Below the pieces are notes generated by a model, which worked only from the letters and a program-made list of their open reading frames with translations, did no database searches and was not told where the DNA came from. From assembly GCA_036630325.1 (NCBI GenBank), contig CP142727.1, positions 1,054,001 to 1,118,000 of the forward strand: DNA of 64,000 nucleotides, read 5' to 3'. Numbering within the stretch: the first letter of the stretch is position 1; every line of letters begins with the position of its first letter. A program made the position numbers and the translations under genes. Below are positions 36,256 to 50,171 of the stretch, one piece after another. Source of the DNA: Vairimorpha necatrix. Lineage: Eukaryota.

Positions 36256-37101
36256 TTATTTAATATGTTCGTATATCTGAATTATTTCTTCATGAATTTT
36301 TCTAGCTTCGTAAGAACTTGATATTAATGAAAATAAAATCATTTTTAGTGCTTTAATATATGCACTAACTGCCCTTTTCATCGTTTTATTTTCGTATCTA
36401 TATAACCCAAATCTATTTCTAAGTATTTCAAAGGTGTCAATCATTGGTATATAGTCAAATGCAGAATATATATTTATATCAAATCTATGTAGTTTTATAC
36501 TTTGCTCACATAAATATTTGAATCCTGTTATATCATTTTTCATATCATAAATGGTCAAAAAAAGTTCGATAAGTTTCATAAAATCAATGAGAATATTATG
36601 TATATCGATTGGAGTATTGTATTTCTTCATTAATTTTTTTATTTCCATCAATTGTTTTTTAGTCTTTATACACAAATTATCAAAATTTAATGTCTTTAGT
36701 TTTTCATAAATATTTTTATCTTCTCCAAATTCTATATCTTTTCTAATCTTTTCGCGGTTTACTTGTTCCTGGGTCGATTTACTTTCCATCCTCATTTTAA
36801 ATTGATTAATTTTATTTTCGCAATTAATTAAAAGACTTTTCATAATATATAAATGATTATAAAAAAATTGTATATTGGTTTCTACTGTTATAATTTCTTG
36901 TGTATCATCTGATTCCATACCTGTCAATAAATTTTTATTTTCATTCATATTTTTCTGAAGTTCATCATATGGTCTAAATTTATCATCTTGGCAATTAATT
37001 ATGGATATGTAGCTATCCGCATCATTCTCACCTAAAATATCTTTTTTGTATTCACTTAAAGTCAATTGACCACAATAAATAAAAGCTATAATATACATCA
37101 T
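36256..37101 (-). CDS. Hypothetical secreted protein, family B copy 1 (281 aa)
   Basis: Short hydrophobic N-terminus; FRPYDELQKN, NTPI and IYSAFDYIPMIDTFE shared with the 40880 and 44357 genes. Confidence 0.85.
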   Translation of the reverse strand: MMYIIAFIYCGQLTLSEYKKDILGENDADSYISIINCQDDKFRPYDELQKNMNENKNLLTGMESDDTQEIITVETNIQFFYNHLYIMKSLLINCENKINQFKMRMESKSTQEQVNREKIRKDIEFGEDKNIYEKLKTLNFDNLCIKTKKQLMEIKKLMKKYNTPIDIHNILIDFMKLIELFLTIYDMKNDITGFKYLCEQSIKLHRFDINIYSAFDYIPMIDTFEILRNRFGLYRYENKTMKRAVSAYIKALKMILFSLISSSYEARKIHEEIIQIYEHIK

Positions 37102-37819
37102 TTTATAGGGGATTTTTTAAAAAATTTATTTACAATTACTTAATTAAGGAGAAGTTTGGCCCAGTGAAGAGGAAATAAAAAAGAAATCTTTGAAGATATA
37201 CTTAAAGGGTAAATTATTTTTTCTTATTTCTTGTTACATCATATATTTTAGATTTTATTTAAAAATAGTAATAAAAATTAGCATTAGTGAAAAAAACGAT
37301 AGGGTCACAATTAAAAAATCTGCTTTTTTCAAAAAAGAAAAAATATTTAAGAAAATAAAGACTTCCATTAATGTTTAATTAATAAAATCATTAGCAAAGT
37401 TCATTAAGTTGATCGGATTATGTGACGTCAATTAAACAAACAGAACATAATCACATAAATTATTTGGTATATTTAGTAATCATAATAAGTTCGTACAATG
37501 TAATACTTGATTTAAATTAAATTGAACTTTTTTTCTATGCTAATCGTTTTTTGTTGTTATAAACATACATTGATAATTATAAAAGAAAAAAAATTAGATA
37601 TACAATATGTGCATATGAATACTATATATTCATGACTCTCTAGATTTAAAAAAGACGAAGATCTACTAATCGTTCTTAAAATCACTACTTTGGAATTAAT
37701 GAGATATAATTTATTAAAATTTAGATAGCGAAATGCAAAGAAAGAGATAATAAAAATGATTAATTATTTGCAAAAAAAAAGTTAAACCAGTTATTTATGT
37801 TTAAAAAGTTAATTTAAAG

Positions 37820-38390
37820 GCCAAAGGGGATTATTTAGCTCATATTTGTAAATGTTGGAGTGTAGCTTACAGAATGTACGTAGCGCAAGAAAATATTGTA
37901 AAGATTTAAAAATTTTAATTTGTTTTTAGCGTAGACGAGACGAAAAAAGAAATATAAAGTATTTGAAGTAGACAAGAGTAATTTTGCAATAAATACCTAC
38001 GAAAAAATATTCTAAGAGTTTCAGATCTCTGGAATGATGAAAAAAAAAAAAGAAAAAAAGTCGGCTTTGAAATAAAAAAAAACAATTTTTTTTTATTTAT
38101 TTAAAATGTAGATTTGTAATATGTCATAGATTCGGATATCTGAAGGGCGTATATGAAGTTTAAACATTATTAAAACGACCACTGAATTAATAATCATACC
38201 GGCATTAAACAAAATTGTGCAGATGTTTATACAAACTATTTTGTGAGATTATAGTGCCAACAAAAGACTAATATCCAGTAGAAGTGATGTGTGTCTGCTT
38301 GTTAAAAAGATTTAACATTTTATATAATTAGAGAAATATGAGCCAGAATGCCCAATAAGATTAATTTTTTATTTTACCATATTTGACACA
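37820..38390 (+). pseudogene. Highly decayed Merlin transposase relic
   Basis: Ordered remnants VFEVDKSNF (cf. VVEIDES.F), SDI*RAY (cf. SD.W.AY), NH, VYTN (cf. HTN.IE). Confidence 0.55.
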
Positions 38391-40879
38391 TTCGTTACTA
38401 ATTTATATTATTTTTTCATCAATTTTAAGTTATAGATTTTTCAGAAGTATTCTGCTTCTTTTTTTTTACTGAAAAGGACTTAATATTAGTTACACACTGT
38501 TGTTTTTTTCTACAATTATACTCATTATAGTTTTTCTTAAAATCCAATGTTATTTCATATAAAAATTAGAGATAATATCTATATTTTTTTCGATATAGTC
38601 GTTATTTTATGTATAAATCAATATGATGTAAATTTCGTATCATTATATAAACCAAATATAATATTACAAATTATTGCTTTTGGTTGGTGTTGTCGTATTA
38701 AGTTTAGATATGAGTTAAATATGCATCGAGCATCTATTCTCTTTTATATAAACCTTTGTTCCAACATTCGGCTTTTGTACTTCTACGTCGTTTCAATTTC
38801 CATCTTTTTTTCATGATTAGATTTTTTGATTTGGTATTAATGTTCTAATTATATAAAGACATTAAGCTGGCCATCGTAATTGAGCTCGTTTCTATAATAT
38901 CCGTTGCAGGAGTATTTACACACGAATAACTTTAGACTTGCATTTATAATATAGCTGTATGTGATTTTAAGAATATCGTGCATATGTATATTTTCTCTTA
39001 TATGTTTCTTCCTTTTATATATAGTAATTTCAACTTTAAATGATTGTCTCGTCATCAATTTTGTTCATTATGTAAATGTCACTTATTGTTGCATCTTGGA
39101 AACGTTTTGTACCGCGAATTTTTTATATTTCTACATTTATAGTTGTGATGCATGTTTGTTTCGAGTATTTATTTTGCTTTACTTCTTTCCTTCTGCGGGG
39201 ACAGATTTGCAGGTTAATGATGCGTCGAGATGTTGTAAATTTACCAGTGAAGTGATAACATTTCCTATTATTTTTAATGAAAAAATTACATTCTATGACT
39301 ACATGGGCGTCTATCTTATCTGTTTTGTTCCTTTGCCAAGCATAAAAAATGACCACTAACAATAGTTTTGGTTTTTTAATTGTTTTAACTATACTATATA
39401 AAGTCCTATTTGTGTTCTAGATTTTTTTTTGTGTCCTAATTTGCAGTTTATGTTTAAATACAAAAAAAAATCTAAATGTAAAAAAAAAATTTATCATAAT
39501 TTTTTACTAAAATGATGACATTTTGTTAAAATAATTACCTTGGGCCATCTAAAAACTTTTATAAAAAGACATAAACATAATCAAATTTCTAATAATGCTT
39601 TAGAAAAAATATCGGACTTCCCGCAAAGTAAGCATGATAGATGTAGATGTAAAAGCAAAATTTTTTATTGTTATTTTTTTATGGGGAATTACACTAAATG
39701 TTTTCTATGTTATATTTTTCATGCTCTACACATCCTCTTCAGACTTTAACAATATAATTTAGACACAAAGTTAGAATCTTTTGATCAAATAACAATTTAT
39801 AGATATATTTATTTTACATTAATAAACAAATGATGTTCCCTTATACAAAATAGAAGTTTTGGGGAAACACTGGAAGAAACGATTAAAATTTAATTGCACA
39901 TCGTTTACACATATACTTCTATAAAGGCGAGCAAAAGATTTACTATATGAACTCTGCAAAAAAAAATTCGATCCTCATAAGTTTAATTTTTAGATATATA
40001 GAAAAGGATAGCAAAATTGTGTCTATAAACAAATCTTACACATAAAGCGATAATAAAGCAAGAAGCGTGATATTTTTATGCACTTGCTATCCATATTTAA
40101 AGAAATTATATCTTAATCTGGGCGTAACTATAATATATCTTATTTGCTACGAAAATCTCAACTTTAAATCCTAATGAGTCTGGTATAATGCTACATAGTA
40201 GTCTAAAATCTATATATTGCTTTCTTGGATACTATAAATCAGTGTACTAGTTTGAGGCTGATTTAAAGAACATATATTCTTATTATCTGCATAATTTTTT
40301 TTATTACCAGTGCTTTTCATTATATGCACACATTGCTTTGTTTTTAAGTCTGGAGTTTTTTGAGATGCAACTCATATTATACTTCTTCTGTATGTTTAAG
40401 CTTTTAGTAGTGTCGTTGTACATATTAGTGTTAGTTTATTATAGTATAATCGAATTTATTTTATTTTTCTATTTAAAAAGCTTAGACTAAAAAGTATTTT
40501 TAAAGTAATTTATTCTCAAAATATGATGATGTTTCAAGGCCAATTATAATAAATTTATATCAATAACATACACGGAATATGTGTTTGTACGATAAAATTA
40601 TATAAAAGAATCCCTTTGTGTTGGATATATTTCGTTTGAATAAAATCATAAATGCTTAAACGATAACGGACAGGAAGACTTGAGACCATAAGTATATTTT
40701 AACTTTAGTTAATAATTAATGGCCATTGTGCCAAATTGTCAAACTGATAATTTTTCGAATCACCTACATATAATTATGTAATTGTTTACGAAACAATGTT
40801 TAATTACAATTCTCAATTAACATATATTAATAAAATTTTGTTAAAGTTTAATCAAGTAGCATATGTCAACTAATAATAA

Positions 40880-41725
40880 TTACTTTTTGTATATCTGGAT
40901 TATTTTATTATAGACTTTTCTTCCTTCAGTTATTTTAAATATAATATTATATAAAATTTCTTGGAGTTCCTTTACTTTTAGCTCTGTCTTCTTTTTTATA
41001 ATTTCATTTTCGTATCTATATAATCCTAATCCAGTTTTCATTTTTTCAAAGGTGTCAATCATTGGTATATAATCAAATGCAGAATATATTTTTATATTAA
41101 ATCTATGTATCTCTACACTTTGAGTACATAAATATTCGCATCCCGTTAAATCTTTTTTCATTTCATAAATTTTTAAAAAATGTTTGATAAGCTTCATAAC
41201 CCCAATTAGTATATTATCGATTTCGATTGGCGTATTGTAGTCCTTCAGTGATTTTTTTATTATCTTTAATTGAAATTTAGCATTTAGGCATAAATCATCA
41301 AATTTTAAATCTTCTAGTTTTTTATAATAATTTTTAATGCGTGCTTCCTTTTCTATTCGTTTTTCAATTCTTATTTGTGATCTTTTTTTTAATACAATTT
41401 CTTTTCCCATTAATATTTTAAATTCATTAATTTTATTTTGACATTTAGTTAGATAGAATTTGATTATAATGATTGGGTCATATAAAATTTGTCTACTACT
41501 TTCTAAGGTATTTTTTTCTAATGAAAAATCTGATTTCATATATTTACAATCAACCTGATTTTTTTCTAAATTTTTTTGAAGCTCATCATATGGTCGAAAG
41601 TATTCTGCATCATTTTGAGGTATTATAGATACATAATCATATGGTTTGTTCTCTAGTATGTATTCTTCTATGTAATCGCTTCTATTACATCGAGCAAAAT
41701 TTATAAAATTATAAAGCAGAATCAT
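40880..41725 (-). CDS. Hypothetical secreted protein, family B copy 2 (281 aa)
   Basis: Same motifs as 36256-37101; CCC before ATG. Confidence 0.85.
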   Translation of the reverse strand: MILLYNFINFARCNRSDYIEEYILENKPYDYVSIIPQNDAEYFRPYDELQKNLEKNQVDCKYMKSDFSLEKNTLESSRQILYDPIIIIKFYLTKCQNKINEFKILMGKEIVLKKRSQIRIEKRIEKEARIKNYYKKLEDLKFDDLCLNAKFQLKIIKKSLKDYNTPIEIDNILIGVMKLIKHFLKIYEMKKDLTGCEYLCTQSVEIHRFNIKIYSAFDYIPMIDTFEKMKTGLGLYRYENEIIKKKTELKVKELQEILYNIIFKITEGRKVYNKIIQIYKK

Positions 41726-42394
41726 ATTATGGGTGAAAAAAATTTATCAAAATCTCCTTAGAGATCAATTTTCTAAAAAAAAAATTATATACAAAAAGCT
41801 TTTAACGAAATTCGATCAGATTTATTTAACAACTTAATACGAAATAATACACCAAACATTATGATAAGGTAATAAAAAATATTTTATGCGATAAAAAAAA
41901 CTTTTCGAGGATTTTAAAAGGATTACAACAATAAAACAATTATCGAAACAGTTTTTTTATGTCAAAATATTAAATTAGTTTTAATGAGAGATATTATTTT
42001 ATCTTATATCACGTAATAGATATATGCTTAACGTATATTAGTCGTGTGCGTAGACATCTTTATACTTACAAAAAAATTATACTATAATTTTGAATAATCC
42101 TTTTGAAGACTTTGCAAAAATGATTACAGATAATTTTATTTATCGGATAAAACAGTAAATAGTTTTTTTTGTTATATTTATACTAATGATGTTTAGAATT
42201 TACATATATTTTGTTTTGAAAAACGCCAGATATTTAATTTCTACATGTTTGTCCTTACCTCTACGAATTAAAACTTCAGTTTTTTAAAAATATTTTTTTT
42301 ATTTTGTTATATTTCATGTAATTATTAACACTAGGTTTAGTATTATAATTACCACATACAAATCATTTTTATTTTATCAATTTTTTTTTTGGAA

Positions 42395-42661
42395 AAAAGA
42401 CCATTCGACCGGCCTATTCCAAAAAATAATTTATTTCAATTTTACCCCACCCACAACATTTAAAAATGACAAAGAACAATTAAAGCCATCATGACGATTG
42501 CCCTTGGGATACTGCACCAAGTAAGAGCGGAAACGCTAGGAACAATCGAAACCCCCCCCCTCCCCCACTTGCGGACAACGCAGCCATCCCACTATGAATA
42601 AAACTAATTTTAATTTAATTGAATTATACTTGCTGAGAGTTAGGTTCTCTGGGGTTCGCCA
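42395..42661. other. GC-rich, non-coding, potentially structured island
   Basis: Much higher GC than the flanks. Stems CGATTG/CAATCG, AGCG-GAAA-CGCT, GCG-GACAA-CGC, GAGA/TCTC, CGAAACCCC/GGGGTTCG. Confidence 0.45.
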
Positions 42662-44356
42662 CTAGGAAACAGTAAAAAAAATATTTACGAAAAAAATACT
42701 AATATTTTTTAATATATACACTGTTTCCTAGAATGTTTCTTCTTTAAGAAATGATTAAATTTTATTCTATAGTCCATAAAGAAGCATTTTTTATTTTTGA
42801 AATTGTAGTGTCTACTTATTAACAAATTGTAAATGATTAGATACAATTTATTTCCGTAGAGATTAATTTTTTTATCTTAAAATTTAATCGAAGCAGATAC
42901 ATAAAAACATATAATCTATGCGATTTTAATGTAAAAAACATAACTGCTATCTAAATATTTTGAGATTGTGATTCTATTTAAATCAAAAATATGAAAATCT
43001 TATAATTAATAGATCTTATAAAAAAGCATGCGGTCAATGTATAGCCTACACATTATGCTTTTTATTAGTAGAAAATTTTTGAAATTTTCAATGAGATATT
43101 GCAAATATATACAAAAATTGATGCATTTCCTTCTACACCTTTTCTGTCGAATAATAATTTTATCAACAAAATGCAAAGCGTATAAAAAATTAAATTCAAA
43201 AGATACATATAATAAGTCTTTATACGTTTGTTTTTATATAAATTGAATAAATATAATTAAACACGTGATTATATTCACGAGTTTATATTTTTTTTAAGAC
43301 ACTCAGTCAATCAATAGTGGTTGTGCATGCTCCTTAGGATTTGATCAAATGTTTATTTCGATTTTTTGTAAGTTGTTCATAGATATAAAGTCTTAAATTT
43401 TTACCTTCTTTTGTACATATTGAAGTAACACCGGAAACAAAGCGATAAAACGAAAAATTAATATTAATAAATGAACTAATCCGATAAAGACACGATATAC
43501 AATTTCGATTCTTTCGTTTTTTAGCATTACTGACGTCTTAACTCCCTTTTGAATTAAAAACAATGTACCTTTATATCACATTTTGCCCATGACCTTCATG
43601 TATATTTGATTTCAACAATTTCTATTATTTTGCTATATTCGTTGCATTTTTTATGCATTTATATCGTTTTCTGACTCTCATTATTTATATAGTCAATCAG
43701 TAACTAAAAACAGCAAAGTATTACTTTGAATAGAAAATTTATCATTTAAACATAAGATTATAATTTTTATGCGTTTTTTCAAGAACTATCTGTAAAAATA
43801 AAATGGTGTGTTTTGCATACATTATTTAGTGATTTTCTTAGAGACGAAAGATTCTTTTATATTTTTTGTACGATTAATGACTGTAAATCATTTTTTTGTG
43901 TTGTCCTGTTTTAGCTCATCTTTTCTTTTTTAGGATTTTAAAAAACAAAAAAAGATTTTTTAAACAGAAATACATCTTATTTACGTAAAGTTTTCTATCA
44001 AGACTGTATTGACCTAAACTTTTATTTTTCTCATGCTTCTCGACCTTTGATGTTAAGCACTATAAATTTATGACAATAATATGTCCTTGTAGGTGCTTAC
44101 TAAATTCAATCTTTGACATTCTTATCAAATATCTACTAGTAGTTACAATGTTAACTTTAGTATCTTACAACAAATCTATATGTTTCTGCGGAAAGAGCAA
44201 TATTATTGAAAGAGACAAAGATTATAACCCATGTTATCAAATATAATTTTTTATTACATTATCTGACTTATTATCACTCAAAAATGGATCAAGCTGACAT
44301 TTAAAAACACATATATACAGTTTGTCTTGAATTTTAAAAAATCTAATATTTTATTA

Positions 44357-45199
44357 TTAGTTGTATATCCGATTTAATTTTTCATAAATCTTTACCGCCT
44401 TATTTGTACTTGATAATAAGTTAAATATAATCTTTTTTATTGCTCTCATAATTTTATCTATTTTCATTGGTTTATAAATATTTTCGTATTTATATAAATC
44501 CATTTGTTCTTTCAAATTCTCCAAAGTTTCTATCAAAGGTATGTAATTGAATAATGAATATATTTCTATATTATACAAATTAATTTTTTTTCTTTGTGAA
44601 TATGAATATTTGCGACCCATTGTGTTTATTTCCATATCATAAATAGTAAGAAAAAGTTGAGTGATCTTTATGAACTCAATTATGATAATATTAATTTCGA
44701 TTGGAGTATTTAATTTCTTTATTAGTTTTGTTATCTCATTCAGTTGATAGTTAGTTTTGATACATAGATAATCGATTTTTAATTCTTCAAGTTCATGATA
44801 AATAATTTTTGCGGGCTCCATAACTTCTAATTTTTTTGTAATTAACATACGTGTTATCATTTTTGCGACTGATTTGCTTTTCATCCTTTTGATATATTTC
44901 TTTATTATATTTTTACATTTAATAATATGAAATTCCATTTTGAAAATTGATTTCTGCAATATGTGCCTGTTCCATTTGCAGGTCGAAAATTCTTCCGATA
45001 AGTCTGTTTTCATAAAGGTAGAAGAAGTTTTTTCTGTTCTTATGTTTTTTTGCAATTCATCATACGGCCTAAATACAAAAATTTCTTGAGAGGGTATTAT
45101 GGATATGTAATAATTTGTTTCATTCTCATTAATGTAATCTTTGATGTATTCACTTAAAGTTAACTCAGTACAATGAATATAATTCAAAATAAATATCAT
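44357..45199 (-). CDS. Hypothetical secreted protein, family B copy 3
   Basis: FRPYDELQKN, NTPIEI, IYSLFNYIPLIETLE. Start set at the ATG after CCC. Confidence 0.85.
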   Translation of the reverse strand: MIFILNYIHCTELTLSEYIKDYINENETNYYISIIPSQEIFVFRPYDELQKNIRTEKTSSTFMKTDLSEEFSTCKWNRHILQKSIFKMEFHIIKCKNIIKKYIKRMKSKSVAKMITRMLITKKLEVMEPAKIIYHELEELKIDYLCIKTNYQLNEITKLIKKLNTPIEINIIIIEFIKITQLFLTIYDMEINTMGRKYSYSQRKKINLYNIEIYSLFNYIPLIETLENLKEQMDLYKYENIYKPMKIDKIMRAIKKIIFNLLSSTNKAVKIYEKLNRIYN

Positions 45200-45785
45200 T
45201 TTATGGGTGAAAAGACACATGCCTATTTATATGAATTTTAAAAGTGGTTTTGTTATTAAATTATATGGAGGGTATTCATAGTGTAAAAAAGATTATTCAT
45301 GTATGGTCAATTACTTGACATGAAAAAAACATCAATGCAATGTATAAATGGTATACAACATAAGACTAATAAACTATTACATCTAAGACAAGATGCTTAT
45401 AAATGTTATTCAAGCTTTGTTTGCAAGTCAAGGGAAAAATATAGAGAAACTAAAATTAATCTGGGACTTATATTATTTTTTTGAGAATTAAAACACATGA
45501 GAGTACCCAATATATAGGTAAGCGTATTTAATCGCGTGGGAATTATTTTCTTAAATTTTCGATTTTAGCCAAAATGTTTGTACGAATTTTCTGGGAGTAT
45601 TTGAATGGAAAAACAGGTAAAAGATTATAGAGTAAACCGATGGATACAAAATAAATGAATTAAAATTTACTCTTTTTATGAATAAACAAAGAATATAACT
45701 TAGACAATCATCAAAATTATCAACTACAGAAATTACCATCAACTGTATGTTTTAGAGCCATATTGCTTTCGTATTATATATTTTA

Positions 45786-48700
45786 TGTATTTTTTTTTAA
45801 AAGAAGGTAGAAATTATACAAATATATAACATCCCTCTCTAAGACGGTTAGTCTCCCTTTATCCTCAACCCAAGCAGACCTTTCAGATCATAGTGTCTTT
45901 TCTTTATGTTTCTTTCATTTACGAGCTTTACAATGTATGAACCTTTACCACATCTCTCTATAATTTGACTATTTTCCAAAAACCCGCCTTTTGAATATTT
46001 CGTACCTTTAAAGTCTCCTTCTTGGCTACTTCAATGTACTCACCTACTTTAAAAACTTCTCGCTTTCCCTTATTTGCCATTTATACATATTTTCCTTGCG
46101 AGTTGTTTTCAATCATTACGTTCTCTTTTTCATTTTCTGTTACTTCTTTTGGTGTACATTTTATTGCGGCATGATAACTCATATTATATTTTTCAATACT
46201 ACTCATAACTTTTTCTTAATGGTACCTTCTTTCGTCTTAAAAATGCCTTTTTGCATCGTTATTTTGAAATTTTGCAAGCAACATTACTTTTGTTTGACGA
46301 AAAACTTACTTTTTTATGTTTAATTTCTAGTCTGTTGAAAAAAGCTTATACCCCCTCATTGAAAAAATCTCGTTCGTTATCAGTTATAATCTCTTCAGGC
46401 TTTTCCCCTTGCTCATATAATCTACTAATAAATTCTATAACATTATTTCCAGCTTTTTTCCCCATTACCGTTCTTCATACTCTTCGGTAAAATAATCTAT
46501 AGCTATTAATACGTGTTTACCTATGTCTCTAAAATCAATAAGATCCAAAGCAACCTTTTTAAGATAGAGTGTGTCTACAAATTCATATCCTCTGACTTAC
46601 TCTTTTATATATTTGCACTGTTCACACCTTCGTATTGCTTCATTTATGTCTTTCTTTATTCAGGGCCAATAAAAATTTTCTCGCATCACGTAATATACAC
46701 TAGTCATGCATCTATATCCAATCCGCTCGTGGTACTCTTGCATCCACCTCTCCCTTATATCTTCTGGAAGGATCTCTGCCTTTCGCCCCGAATCGAATGT
46801 CCTGTATCTCTTTTCTCCTATCATCTCAACGTGAGGGTTCCATTTACCCTTTATCGGCTTAATGGATCTTTCATTTTATCGTCTTCTATATGTATTCTAC
46901 TTAACGCGTCGGCCACTACCAGTTTTTCTGGATTCTTATATCCTATGGGAAAATCAAATTCCTGAATCTTATCGATCCATCTATTTATTCTATTATTGTA
47001 AAATATAGCTTATTACTAATTTCTACTACTGCTTTATGGTCTGTCTCAATGTCAAAGTTCCTGCCACGCAATTCTTATTTAAATCGTTAAATTTCCCAAA
47101 ATGTCGCGTACATTTACCTTTTCTGATATATTTTATCTAGTCTCCGTAGTGTTATGTTTTTTGAGCTTCATTGTATTGCTACCATTCTCCTTTCTCGTTC
47201 TTCTGAAGCAACACTGCTTCAATCCCTACTTTGCTCGCGTCCGTTCTGTTAATAGATACTTTACAATAATGTGGTAATCTAAATTTCCTCATCGTTCTCA
47301 ATACTTATTTTAGCTCTAAAAACTCCATTTCATTTCAATTGTCCATTTGCATTTTCTATCTTTACCTCTCAAGCTATCTGTCAGATGAATAGTTATTCCT
47401 GCATAATTCTTATTAAAATTCCCAAACCACCATGTTATTCCTAATTCTTTGCGTTTCACTTACACTTGTCGCTATGGGAATTCCAGTGCTTCGTTCCTCT
47501 TTATCTTTTTTGCTTCAAAATCTGTACCATTCAATGTAACGCTTAGAGCTTAACTAACTGAAACTAAATTGTATCTTCTCAATATTTAACCTCATTTATG
47601 TCTCTTTAACCTATCCAATACCTCTATTACCAACATGTCATGTCTTCTTTGGTTTTAGCGTATATGACTTTGTCGTTCATATATACTCCAACGCCATCTC
47701 CTTCCAAATCATCAAGGAATTTGAACATTTTTCGTTGTATTCTGCCGGGAATTTATATATCCTATCACCATGCTGTTCCATTCATATAACTTTCTTAAAA
47801 TTCAAAGGCCGTTTTGTGTTTGTCTGCTTCTTCAATTCCACGTGATAAAATCCCATTTTAAATCTATTACTATGAATCATTTGATTCGTGTGGCTTTATC
47901 AATGTCCCCGACATTTGACAACTCATACGGATCTTTCTCAACCACGCCATTTAAACACATTAGATTACATATAATCTCGCTTCTCCGTTAGGTTTACCTA
48001 TAGCCCCAATTGTGTTCCTCCAGTCAGGTGCCGACCTTCTTGTAATCTTTTTATCTTATAAACTTTTGATATATTTTCAGTATCCTTCATCAATTCCAAT
48101 GAAATTCTCTGCACTCCTTTTACTGCTCTTTTTCCTTAAGGGGCTTAATTTTCCATTTTTATATCTTGTAATATCTAATCTCTTCCTGTTGCGAAGAAAA
48201 CTTCCTTAAATTTTGCTTTTATGCCTTTAATGCTAAGACCCTTTCTTTTCTATCTTTCCTCTTTTCTTTTCGTTCTACTTCTTGCTTGCGCTTTACCACT
48301 TTTTCTATATTCTTGCGTACTGAGCTCTGTGCTTGTAGATCCACCCTCTTTTTGAACGCTTGTACGAATTAAAACGGTTATTTTTATTATTTTCCTCTTT
48401 CATCTTCCTTACGGAGCAATCTTATGCCATGTGCCCGAATCTACCGCAGTAAAAGCGACATTCACTCCTCTGCTTACATACTCTTTACTTACCCTTAAGC
48501 TTGCTTTTTTATTCGCTAATTCCTCTTTGAATGTTCCTCTAACCGACTCAGCAATCATTTCAATTATTCTACATTCATCTTCTTTTTCTATAACTTTTTC
48601 TTCCTTTTAAGATTCTTTTTCCATTTCTTCAACAATTAAAGTCCGATTGTCTTCTTTCCTAATCCTTTCAACCATAAAATTTTTTATTTCTTCTGAACCC

Positions 48701-48889
48701 ATTTCAAAAATTTTTGCTTTTAATATAGGCATGTCAACACCATCTAGCTCTAATTTATACACCAGCCCTTAACTTCTTGTAACATTTTTTCTGACCTCTT
48801 GACCACAGCCCTCACATGTCGACTCTCGATTTGGAATCGCCCCCACTATTTATCATAATGAGGAGGCGAAATTATACAAATATATAACT
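45786..48889 (-). mobile_element. Decayed ~3.1-kb Ty3/gypsy retrotransposon with ~45-bp LTR remnants
   Basis: Shared LTR core GAAATTATACAAATATATAAC at 45810-45830 and 48868-48888. PBS TGGGGGCGATTCC starts at 48845 on -. PPT AGAGAGGGA lies next to 45831. Broken CCHC, RT (EWNSMV, VYM.D), RNase H (ETDHK, RWIDKIQEFDF) and integrase remnants. Confidence 0.88.
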
Positions 48890-49871
48890 TCTATTAAAGA
48901 TCTCATATTTACTTCAAGAAGCAATTGATTAAATGTCGCTCAAATGAGCTAGTTCTTTTGAGCCTTGTTGTTTTATAGCTATATGTTAGACAATAGCATT
49001 ACATGTAACCGTGTAAAAGGATTGTTGTTTCAGCTCAAGCAGAATAGCGTACATTTACAATTAATCGTATTTAATTAATTTTTTCCATCAATATTCAGAA
49101 AAAGTAATTGGTCGAGAAAGATATAAATAATTTAAATGCATTCTGCGTTGCATAGTCTTAATTAGTGTTCAGTTTATTATTCTAAACAGAATAAAAATCA
49201 TGCAGTCATTATTTATACACAATTATATTTTAAGAAAATAAATGATATACAAGGCAAGAATCAACTGAAAATTTACTTATTGTATGAATGAAACTAAGAA
49301 TTTTGCCTTAAGAGAACATTTAGATTTAACTTTTATAAGTTTACACAACAAATTTTATATTTTCATAACATTTCTGATTGTTCATGTCATCAAGTTTATA
49401 TTTAATTCTTTTTCAAATCCCGAAATAATACTTGGTATATATTAAAATTTTTTTTTGTTAAGGTTTATCTACTTTTAGAATATACAACTCAAAATTAAAT
49501 TGTCCGGGCACCTATACTATATTTGATTTCTCTTCTATCAATGTTTTTTTTGTATTTTATCAAGGCGTCTAGACTATTTGCCCCACAATATGCTCTTTGC
49601 TTTTCCTAAAATTATTATGAGAAATAGGATCTCGATTTTCGTCAAAGGTATAGTCCTTCCCAAAATTTAATATGGAATTTAGTCATTATCCAACGTCTTT
49701 GCTACGAAACCATACAACGTTATGACTTATACATAGAGGCTTTTTTTTGTCAATGTTTAATGTTCTAAAATTTTTAGGTCTCGGCTATCCAGTAAAAAAC
49801 TTAAATATAAATTTCTAAGTATTCAAGTTTAATAAGTATTTTTAGCTTAAAAATAAAAAAATAAAATACCT

Positions 49872-50171
49872 TTATTTTTCTTTTTTTAATTCATTTAATT
49901 TTTTTTCACATAACTCTTTAATCATGCAAAAAAAGTGCTCACTACAGATTCCATATTCCTTTTCGGCTGTATAAATTTCATAATTTTTCCGACTTGGCTT
50001 AATTTCACTTGATATAAGTTGTAAATTTGTAAAGTTTTCTCGAAATGTCGAAAAACTACATGGTTTAATTGATAATTTCGCGACGTTTTCACATATTGAT
50101 AAATTCGTAACATTCGATCTATTTACAGAATTTGATTGTATGTAAAATAAACTTAGGAGCATTGCAATCAT
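49872..50171 (-). pseudogene. 5' fragment of a probable secreted-protein gene
   Basis: CCC motif, signal-peptide-like start, ORF ends after 99 aa in an A-rich run. Confidence 0.35.

Noticed and set aside
42488-42552. Possible hammerhead ribozyme (ATGACGA...CGAAAC)
   Set aside because: The core does not match CUGANGA in register with stem II, and stems I/III were not found.
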